Below are positions 39,745 through 47,620 of a stretch of DNA of 64,000 nt, piece after piece (the first letter of the stretch is position 1; each line of letters begins with the position of its first letter). The stretch comes from an uncultured Collinsella sp. (GTDB lineage Bacteria; Actinomycetota; Coriobacteriia; Coriobacteriales; Coriobacteriaceae), in the NCBI GenBank assembly GCA_937980385.1, contig CALJPV010000005.1:87429-151428 (forward strand), written 5' to 3'. Under the pieces are notes generated by a model. It searched no databases. It saw only the letters and a program-made list of their open reading frames with translations, and was not told where the DNA came from. The translations under genes were made by a program, and so were the position numbers.

Positions 39745-39954
39745 ACGGAACTCCCTTCGTATCGGCACCGCGTGAGAAGCGGTGTTGATTACTAACGAAC
39801 GAGTCATAGCTTAGACTCGCCGTGTTTCCGCGACATTACCGTTATGTTGCCGTCGCGAAACCAATCAATGAGGTTACCCTATCGAGGCGGCGTTGCCACC
39901 CTCAACAGTCAATCAACTGCATAAATTGCAGACCTCTCCCCATGGTTTAAGGGT

Positions 39955-40032
39955 GGTCAATGTAGGATGGGGCTCTATTAACTGGTATTTCGCATCAGAT
40001 ACCATTCAATATAGCCCCATCCTACATTGACC
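39955..40032. repeat. 78-nt near-perfect palindrome (20-bp arms GGTCAATGTAGGATGGGGCT / AGCCCCATCCTACATTGACC with nested ACTGGTAT...ATACCA hairpin)
   Basis: Read directly in the glnN / metF divergent intergenic region. Confidence 0.7.
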
Positions 40033-40170
40033 GCTCTGTTATAGGAAATGCCGATAGCAAGGCATCTTTGATTGGCATCCCCAAATAGCGAGTGAAACTC
40101 CACCGTGGCACAGTGGTGCAGTAGAATCCTTACAACACATCACACTATTACGTATCTAGAGGAGCACGAT

Positions 40171-41043
40171 ATGCGCGTCGACGAGGTTTTTAAGCAGGCA
40201 GCATCCCAGGGCACCGCGCCCGTTTCGTTTGAGATGTTCCCGCCCAAGGGCGAGCTGACCCTCGATACGGCTCGCGAAGTGGCAGGCAATCTGTGCAAGC
40301 TTTCGCCGAGCTTTGTCTCGGTCACCTGCTCGGCCGGCGGCTCGGGCAACGGTGCCACCACCGCCCCCATCGCGCATATGATTACGAGCGAATTCGATAC
40401 GCCCTCGGTAGCGCACCTCACCTGCGTTGGCCGCACCCACGCCGACATCGCCGCCAAGATTGACGAGTATCGCTCGGCCGGTGTGGAAAACGTGCTAGCC
40501 CTGCGCGGCGATCTTCCAGCCGGCGCGACCGAGGACGACAAGCCCGCCTCGGACTACGCCTACGCCTGCGACCTCATCCCGGAGCTCGTCGATGCCGGCT
40601 TTTGTGTGGGCGCCGCAGCCTACCCCGAGGGCCACATTGCCTGCGAGGATCTCAACCTCTCGGTCGAATACCTCAAGCAAAAACAGGACGCCGGCGCGAG
40701 CTTCTTTGTGACGCAGCTCTTTTTTGACAACGAGTGCTTCTACCGTTTTCGCGAGCTTGCCGACAAGGCCGGCATCACCGTGCCCATTACCGCGGGCATC
40801 ATGCCGTTTATGGGCAAGTCGCAGATCAGCCGCATGGTCTTTATGTGCGGCGCGTCGCTGCCCTCCCCCGTCATCAAGATCCTCGCCAAGTACGAGAACG
40901 ACCCCGAGAGCCTGCAGGCAGCCGGTGTAGATTATGCCGCCCGTCAGCTTTGCGACCTCAAGGAGCACGGTGCCGACGGTCTGCACCTGTACACTATGAA
41001 TCGTCCTGCGATCGCCGCAACCATTATGGAGCGCCTGGGGTAA
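40171..41043 (+). CDS. metF: methylenetetrahydrofolate reductase
   Basis: GGAGGAG RBS; MRVDEVFKQAA...VSFEMFPPK motif; 290 aa. Confidence 0.85.
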   Translation: MRVDEVFKQAASQGTAPVSFEMFPPKGELTLDTAREVAGNLCKLSPSFVSVTCSAGGSGNGATTAPIAHMITSEFDTPSVAHLTCVGRTHADIAAKIDEYRSAGVENVLALRGDLPAGATEDDKPASDYAYACDLIPELVDAGFCVGAAAYPEGHIACEDLNLSVEYLKQKQDAGASFFVTQLFFDNECFYRFRELADKAGITVPITAGIMPFMGKSQISRMVFMCGASLPSPVIKILAKYENDPESLQAAGVDYAARQLCDLKEHGADGLHLYTMNRPAIAATIMERLG

Positions 41044-41831
41044 TGGAAAAACCGCACATCGATACAGCTTTTGGTGAAGTGCCGGCCGACCTTGCGTCGC
41101 CGGCGCTCTACCGTATCGATGCTGCCCATCGCCCCCGAGTCGACCGTGCCGAGATGCTGCGGTATCTGGGCTACGGCGGCCAGCAGATTGAGCCCGAGCT
41201 GTCGCAGCGTATTGAGCTTGTCGTTGAACGTTTGGAACTGGACATTGAGCCCCGTGGCGTGCGACGCGTGTTTGCCGTCGATGCCACGGGCGTCGACGAG
41301 CAGGGCGAGCCTTGCATCCGCCTGGTCGGCACCAACGTTGAGCTGCGCGGCCGCGATATCTATCGCCACCTCAAAGACGCCCGCTTTGCCGCACTCATGG
41401 CATGCACCCTCGGCATGGACGCCGAGCGTCGCCTGCGAACCACGGGAGCCCAGCAGCCCCTAGAGGGAGCCGTGCTCGACGCCGCATGCTCTGCCTATGT
41501 AGAAGCCGCCGTCGAGCAGATGGACCAACAGGTCAAGGCTGCGGCCGCTGCACACGGACTCGCCGGTAACTGGCGCTTCAGCCCCGGCTACGGCGACTGC
41601 CCGCTTACGGCCCAGCACTCAATCGTGGCTGCGCTCAACGCCACGCGGCTCATCGGGCTTACCGTCACACCTACCAGCCTGCTCATGCCCACCAAGAGTG
41701 TGACCGCAGTGATCGGTCTGTTTGACGGCGAGGTCCACGACGCCCAGAGCCGCCCTACCTGCAATATCTGCCGCATGCGCGAGCACTGCCGCTTCCGCGC
41801 CGCCCACACCACCTGCTATTCCAGCCATTAG
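41044..41831 (+). CDS. stand-alone methionine synthase reactivation (AdoMet-binding activation) domain protein
   Basis: ATG immediately after metF stop (TAATGG); Met_synt_B12-like sequence; separate ORF in the +1 frame relative to metF. Confidence 0.7.
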
Positions 41832-41840
41832 GAGCCCTCG

Positions 41841-44396
41841 ATGTTTACTCCGCTTATCACTCATGATCTGGACGGTGCCGCGCTGGCGGCGCCCGTTGAT
41901 GCCGCACGCCGTAATGGCGCTGCATACAAGACGCGCACGATCGACGACCTTCGCATTAAGGACGATCGCCTGCGCGCCGCCATCGAGGGCACGGGACACC
42001 TCCTGTTCGACGGCGGCATGGGTACCATGCTGCAGGCGGCCGGCATGAAGGCCGGCGCCCTGCCCGAGCTGCTCAACTTTGAGGAGCCTCAGGTCATCAC
42101 CGATATCCAGCGTCAGTACGTCGAGGCTGGCTGTGACGTGATCACCGCCAACACCTTTGGCGCCAACGCCCACAAGCTCGACGGCACCGCCACCGTGGCA
42201 GACGTCTTTGCCGCGGCAGTCACCTGCGCTCGCGAGGCCGGCGCCCGCTACGTCGCCGGCGACATCGGCCCCATCGGCGCCCTGCTGCGCCCCCTGGGCA
42301 CTCTGAGCTTCGACGAGGCCTATGACCTCTTTGCCGAGGAAGTGCGCGCCGGCGTCGATGCGGGCGTGGACCTCTTTATTATCGAGACCATGACCGACCT
42401 TGCCGAGATCAAGGCGGCCGTCCTCGCCTGCCGCGAGAACTCCAACCTGCCCGTCTTTGCCACCATGACCTTTGAGGAAGACGGTCGCACCTTCCTGGGC
42501 ACAAGTCCCGAGGTTGCCGCCATCACGCTCGAAGCCATCGGCGCCGACGTTTTGGGCATCAACTGCAGCCAGGGACCGGCCGAGCTCAGAGGGCTCGCCG
42601 CACGCATGCTCACCGTTACGGACAAGCCCGTTATGGTTCAGGCCAATGCGGGACTCCCCCACGTGGACGATGACGGCAATACCGTCTTTGATATCCAGGC
42701 CCCCGAATACGCCAAGGCCGTCTCCGGCATGATCGCCGACGGCGTGAGCGTCGTGGGCGGCTGCTGCGGCACCACGCCGGCGCACATGGCGGCCTTGCGC
42801 ACGCTTATCGACAACCACACGCCCAGCCCACGTCACCGCAAGCCCAGTATGTCGGTCACGAGCGCCCAGACGGTCGTGGACCTTCCCTGTGACGGCCACA
42901 AGATCGCCGTCATCGGCGAGCGCATCAATCCCACCGGCAAAAAGCGCCTGCAACAGGCCCTGCGCGACGGCGACCTAGACTACGTCGTGAGCCAGGGCAT
43001 CAGCCAGCAGGAACAGGGCGCCGACATCCTGGACGTCAACGTAGGCCTGCCCGAGATCGACGAGGTCAAGATCATCCAGCAGGCGACCGAGCAGCTCCAG
43101 GGCTCCACGCTGCTGCCGCTGCAGATCGACTCCACCGACCCCGCAGCCGTCGAGGCAGCCGTGCGCCGCTACGCCGGCAAGCCCATCATCAACTCGGTCA
43201 ATGGCAAACAGCAGATCATGGATGAGATCTTCCCGCTAGTCGCCCACTACGGCACCAACGTCGTCGGCCTCACACTCGACGAAGGCGGCATCCCCGATAC
43301 TGCCGAGGCTCGCTTCGCCATCGCCGAGCGCATCGTGGCCGAGGCTGCCCGTTACGGCATCGGACCGGACCGCATCCTCATCGACTGCCTGGTCATGACC
43401 GCCTCGACCAACCAGCGCCAGGCCGAACAGATCCTGCGCGCCATGTCCCTGTGCAAGGAACGCCTGGGCGTCAAGTGCGCGCTCGGCGTGTCGAACATCA
43501 GCTTTGGTCTGCCCGCCCGCCCGCTGCTGGGCTCGGTCTTTTTGGCTGCCGCCTTCGGCGCGGGCCTGGACGCCCCCATCATGAACCCAGGTTCCAAGCG
43601 CTTTATGGATACCGTCTACAGCTATCGCGTCCTGAGCGTTGAGGACGAGGGCTCGACCGGATACATCGAACGCTACGCCGGCTGGACCGATCCGTACAAG
43701 ATCGCCGCTAACCCGGCAGCAGCTCAAGCAGTATCGAGCGATGCCGCGCCTGCCGCAAGCACCACCGCAAGCGCCGATGACGATCCCATCCGCCACATGG
43801 TCGTCTCGGGCCGCAAAGGCGAGATCGCAGCCGAGACCGAACGTCTTCTGGCAGATCACGACGCCATGGACCTCATCAACAACCACTTTATCCCCGCCCT
43901 CGACGAGGTTGGCGTCCTCTTTGACCAGGGAAAGTTCTTCTTGCCGCAGCTCATGGCCTCGGCCGAGGCCGCGCGTGCTGGCTTTGACACCATTAAGCGC
44001 CTGATGCCCGCCGGCGAGATTGCCGACAAGGGCAAAATCTGCGTGGCCACCGTCAAGGGCGACATCCACGACATCGGTAAGAACATCGTCAAGATGCTGC
44101 TCGATAACTACGGCTACACCGTCTTTGATCTGGGTCGCGACGTCGACCCGCAGGAGGTGCTCAAGACCGTCAAGGAACGCGACATTAAGCTCGTCGGCCT
44201 CTCGGCGCTTATGACTACCACGGTCGTCGCCATGGAGGAGACCATCAAGCTGCTTCATGCCGAGGTGCCGGGCGTCAAGATCATCGTAGGTGGCGCCGTG
44301 CTCACCCCCGAATATGCCAAGCAGATCGGCGCGGACTACTACGCCAAGGACGCCGCCGAAAGCGCGCGCATCGCCGAAGAGGTCTTTGGGCAGTAA
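41841..44396 (+). CDS. metH: methionine synthase lacking C-terminal activation domain (Hcy-binding, pterin-binding, B12-cap and B12-binding domains)
   Basis: GGCCGTTP zinc/Hcy motif, pterin-binding region, DIHDIGKNIV B12-binding DxHxxG motif; 851 aa. Confidence 0.85.
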   Translation: MFTPLITHDLDGAALAAPVDAARRNGAAYKTRTIDDLRIKDDRLRAAIEGTGHLLFDGGMGTMLQAAGMKAGALPELLNFEEPQVITDIQRQYVEAGCDVITANTFGANAHKLDGTATVADVFAAAVTCAREAGARYVAGDIGPIGALLRPLGTLSFDEAYDLFAEEVRAGVDAGVDLFIIETMTDLAEIKAAVLACRENSNLPVFATMTFEEDGRTFLGTSPEVAAITLEAIGADVLGINCSQGPAELRGLAARMLTVTDKPVMVQANAGLPHVDDDGNTVFDIQAPEYAKAVSGMIADGVSVVGGCCGTTPAHMAALRTLIDNHTPSPRHRKPSMSVTSAQTVVDLPCDGHKIAVIGERINPTGKKRLQQALRDGDLDYVVSQGISQQEQGADILDVNVGLPEIDEVKIIQQATEQLQGSTLLPLQIDSTDPAAVEAAVRRYAGKPIINSVNGKQQIMDEIFPLVAHYGTNVVGLTLDEGGIPDTAEARFAIAERIVAEAARYGIGPDRILIDCLVMTASTNQRQAEQILRAMSLCKERLGVKCALGVSNISFGLPARPLLGSVFLAAAFGAGLDAPIMNPGSKRFMDTVYSYRVLSVEDEGSTGYIERYAGWTDPYKIAANPAAAQAVSSDAAPAASTTASADDDPIRHMVVSGRKGEIAAETERLLADHDAMDLINNHFIPALDEVGVLFDQGKFFLPQLMASAEAARAGFDTIKRLMPAGEIADKGKICVATVKGDIHDIGKNIVKMLLDNYGYTVFDLGRDVDPQEVLKTVKERDIKLVGLSALMTTTVVAMEETIKLLHAEVPGVKIIVGGAVLTPEYAKQIGADYYAKDAAESARIAEEVFGQ

Positions 44397-44504
44397 CACA
44401 ACGGAAACAACCGAGCACCAAAACGTGCCGCACGCGCCACTTGGCACGTGCGGCACGTTAGAATAGATAAGACTATGCTCGTTTTGGCAGATAGGAGCGC
44501 AAGG

Positions 44505-45869
44505 ATGGCAATCACGCCCGCAGAAATCGCGGAAACCCGCGGCATGGTTGAGGAACAGAACCTCGACATCAGAACCATCACCATGGGCATTTCGCTCATG
44601 GGTTGCGGTGACGAGAACCTCGACCGCATGTGCACGAAGATCTACGACCACGTGACGCACACGGCTGAGCACCTGGTCGAGACCGCCGAGAACCTCGAGC
44701 GCGAGTACGGTATCCCCATCGTCAACAAGCGCGTTTCCGTCACCCCGGTGGCGCAGATTGCCGCTTGCTGCAAGGATGAGAACCTCACCCCTATCGCGCA
44801 TGCCCTCGACCGCGCGGCCGAGACGCTCGGCATCGATTACCTGGGCGGCTTCTCCGCGCTCGTCCAGAAGGGCATCGGCGACGCCGACCGCCGTGTCATC
44901 CAGTCCATCCCCCAGGCGCTCGCCGCCACCAGCCGCGTCTGCTCCAGCGTCAACGTCGCTAGCCTGCGCGCCGGCATCAACATGGATGCCGTGCTCATGG
45001 CGGCTCAGACCATCATCGATGCCGCCAAGCTTACGGCAGACGAGGATTCCGTTGGCGCCTCCAAGTTTGTCTGCTTTGCCAACATGGTCGAGGACTCCCC
45101 GTTTATGGCGGGTGCCGTCCACGGAGGTGGCGAGGCCGACGCCGTCATCAACGTAGGCGTCTCGGGTCCCGGCGTTATGGCTGCAGCCCTGGAGACGCTG
45201 CCCGATTCCGCATCGATGATGGAAGTCGCCGAGAAGATTAAGCAGACCGCCTTTAAGATCACCCGTGCCGGCGAGCTCATGAGCCGCGAGGCCGCCCATC
45301 GCCTGGATGTCGAGAAGGGCATTGTCGACCTGTCGCTGGCTCCCACGCCCGCCATCGGCGACTCCGTCGCGCGCATCCTCGAGATCATCGGCGTGGGCAC
45401 CTGCGGTGGCCCCGGCACGACCTGCGCGCTCGCCATGCTCAACGATGCCGTCAAGAAGGGCGGCGTCATGGCCAGCTCCAGCGTGGGCGGTCTCTCGGGT
45501 GCCTTTATCCCCGTGTCCGAGGACGCCGGCATGATCGCCGCCGTCGAGGCCGGCGCGCTTTCGCTCGAGAAGCTCGAGGCCATGACCTGCGTGTGCTCCG
45601 TTGGCCTGGACATGATCGCCATCCCCGGCGACACCCCGGTCGAGACCATCGCCGGCATCATCGCCGACGAGATGGCCATCGGCGTCATCAACAACAAGAC
45701 CACGGCCGTGCGCGTGATTCCCGCCATCGGCAAGGGCGTGGGCGACTGCGTCGAGTATGGCGGCCTGTTTGGCCGTGCACCCATCATGCCGGTGAACCCC
45801 AACGCCGGCACCGTGCTTGCCCATCGCGGCGGACGCTTCCCGGCACCGCTGAACTCGCTGAAGAACTAG
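44505..45869 (+). CDS. UPF0210 (DUF711) family protein
   Basis: Start [31 protein letters not shown] (AGGAG RBS); characteristic UPF0210 N-terminus; 454 aa. Confidence 0.75.
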   Translation: MAITPAEIAETRGMVEEQNLDIRTITMGISLMGCGDENLDRMCTKIYDHVTHTAEHLVETAENLEREYGIPIVNKRVSVTPVAQIAACCKDENLTPIAHALDRAAETLGIDYLGGFSALVQKGIGDADRRVIQSIPQALAATSRVCSSVNVASLRAGINMDAVLMAAQTIIDAAKLTADEDSVGASKFVCFANMVEDSPFMAGAVHGGGEADAVINVGVSGPGVMAAALETLPDSASMMEVAEKIKQTAFKITRAGELMSREAAHRLDVEKGIVDLSLAPTPAIGDSVARILEIIGVGTCGGPGTTCALAMLNDAVKKGGVMASSSVGGLSGAFIPVSEDAGMIAAVEAGALSLEKLEAMTCVCSVGLDMIAIPGDTPVETIAGIIADEMAIGVINNKTTAVRVIPAIGKGVGDCVEYGGLFGRAPIMPVNPNAGTVLAHRGGRFPAPLNSLKN

Positions 45870-45885
45870 CTGAGGGTTCGGGCGA

Positions 45886-46027
45886 GGAGCCCCGCCGCCG
45901 GGCGGCAGACATATAAGGTCGCCTGCTCGGACAGTCCTGACTCGCACGGAGAGCACATTAAGTGCTCTCCGGCTCGTGCGGAACTCGCAATCGACCTTAT
46001 ATGTCTGCCGCCCGGCGGCGGGGCTCC
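45886..46027. repeat. 142-nt element: perfect 36-bp terminal inverted repeats flanking a 70-nt core that contains its own 9-bp palindrome
   Basis: GGAGCCCCGCCGCCGGGCGGCAGACATATAAGGTCG at 45886-45921 and exact reverse complement at 45992-46027; inner GGAGAGCAC..GTGCTCTCC. Confidence 0.8.
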
Positions 46028-46193
46028 CGCACAACGGGACCTCGGTTGGGTTCTATCCCGTATGGCAGTCGCTTCGCTCCTGCCCGCCTTGGTTGTGAGG
46101 GCGGTTTGGCGTTGGAACGGTTCTTTCTGATATATGCTGGTTGCGGCTCTTCTTTTGGGAGGAGTCGCTTTTTTGTTGTGAGGGGGATGGCCC

Positions 46194-47081
46194 GTGGCTG
46201 ATGGTGTAATTCAATCTGAGCTGCTTTCTGCGGATTGGAATGACAAATGGATGCGCTTGCAAGCTGATCGGCATCGGGCTGATGATCCTTTTGAGTGGGA
46301 TAAGCGGGCTCGGCATTTTCGGCCATTGGAGACTGCCCCGTATGCTCGGGATTTTATAAAACTGCTGGCGCTTGAGCCTGGTGAGTCGGTGCTCGATATG
46401 GGGTGTGGGGCTGGGTCGATTGCTATTCCGCTTGCGCAAGACGGGCATTCCGTGATTGCTGCCGACTTCTCTCCTGCCATGTTGGGCACCCTTGATGCCG
46501 GCATTGAGTATTACAGGCTCGGGGATCTTATTACGCCGCTTGAGCTTGCTTGGGATGACGATTGGGATCTGGTTGGACCGGTCGCGAAAGCGGTAGATGT
46601 TGCCTTTGCCAGTCGCTCTGTCACCACGACCAACCTAAAAGGCGCACTTGTCAAGCTTGACCGCACGGCTCGTCGGCGTTGTGCTGTCACGATGGTCGCC
46701 AACTCCAGCCCGCGCTACGACCTGCACGTGATGAACGCCATCGGCGCCTCGGTTACCTGCAGTAATGGCTTTGTGTATGCCTTTAACATTCTCATTCAGA
46801 TGGGTGCTCTGCCGCAGGTTACGTACTTTGAATCGCCTCGGCGCGACACCTTCGATAGTCTCGAGGCGGGCGTGACGGACTTCTCCCGTATGCTCGAACA
46901 TGGCAACGAAGATAAAATCGACCGTCTGCGCGACTACATCGCCCAGCACATGATCGAGAATCCCCATGCCAGCGAGCCGGGGTCCAAGGGCGTGCCGCAG
47001 GGGCGCTATATGCTCGACCATATCCGTAAGGTCCGCTGGGCCTTTATTGCCTGGGCGCCAGTTTCCGCGAACCGCCTGTAG
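46194..47081 (+). CDS. class I SAM-dependent methyltransferase
   Basis: GTG start with GAGGGGGA SD; VLDMGCGAGSIAI motif; 295 aa; local GC lower than backbone. Confidence 0.75.
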   Translation: MADGVIQSELLSADWNDKWMRLQADRHRADDPFEWDKRARHFRPLETAPYARDFIKLLALEPGESVLDMGCGAGSIAIPLAQDGHSVIAADFSPAMLGTLDAGIEYYRLGDLITPLELAWDDDWDLVGPVAKAVDVAFASRSVTTTNLKGALVKLDRTARRRCAVTMVANSSPRYDLHVMNAIGASVTCSNGFVYAFNILIQMGALPQVTYFESPRRDTFDSLEAGVTDFSRMLEHGNEDKIDRLRDYIAQHMIENPHASEPGSKGVPQGRYMLDHIRKVRWAFIAWAPVSANRL

Positions 47082-47262
47082 CCCAATTGCACCCGCGCCG
47101 CTTACCCGCTTGCAGCCCGCGCCGTCCACCCGCCCGGCATCCGCATTCTTTGCGAACTGGGCAAACGTGCTCCACACCACGCCGTTCCTGCGCTATCGTG
47201 GGACAGCTCACGTAGATTAAGGCCCCATTGCGGGGCGCCCCATACATAGAAAGCGAGAACCC

Positions 47263-47562
47263 ATGGCACTGACAGGAGCCCAGGTCAAGCAGCTTCGCAG
47301 CATGGCCCATCACCTCAACCCCGCCATCATCATCGGTAAGTCCGATGTCAACGAGGGCACCGTCGAGCAGACGGTCGCCTACCTGGAGAAGCACGAGCTC
47401 GTTAAGTGCTCCGTGCTGGACGGCTCCAGCCTTTCTGCCCGTGAGGCCGCCGAGGAGCTCGCCGAGCGCTGCCACGCCGACGTCGTACAGGTTATCGGCC
47501 GCAAGTTCTCGCTGTATCGCGAGTCCTCGCGCAAGGATATCGAGAAGATCAAGCTCGTCTAA
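47263..47562 (+). CDS. yhbY: ribosome assembly RNA-binding protein YhbY (CRM domain)
   Basis: MALTGAQVKQLRSMAHHLNPAIIIGK...VIGRKFSLYRE; 99 aa. Confidence 0.8.
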   Translation: MALTGAQVKQLRSMAHHLNPAIIIGKSDVNEGTVEQTVAYLEKHELVKCSVLDGSSLSAREAAEELAERCHADVVQVIGRKFSLYRESSRKDIEKIKLV

Positions 47563-47620
47563 AACCGACTGGCCATACCGAGTAGCTTGCGGGCGTCCGA
47601 GTGATTCGGGCGCCCGCTTT

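Noticed and set aside
37516-39795. 759-aa + strand ORF
   Set aside because: Antisense to glnN.
39800-40170. SAM riboswitch or T-box upstream of metF
   Set aside because: Looked for S-box and T-box conserved cores; only a partial AGGGTGG match, no consistent consensus; not called.
43236-46034. 932-aa minus-strand ORF
   Set aside because: Antisense to metH and UPF0210 genes; high-GC artefact.
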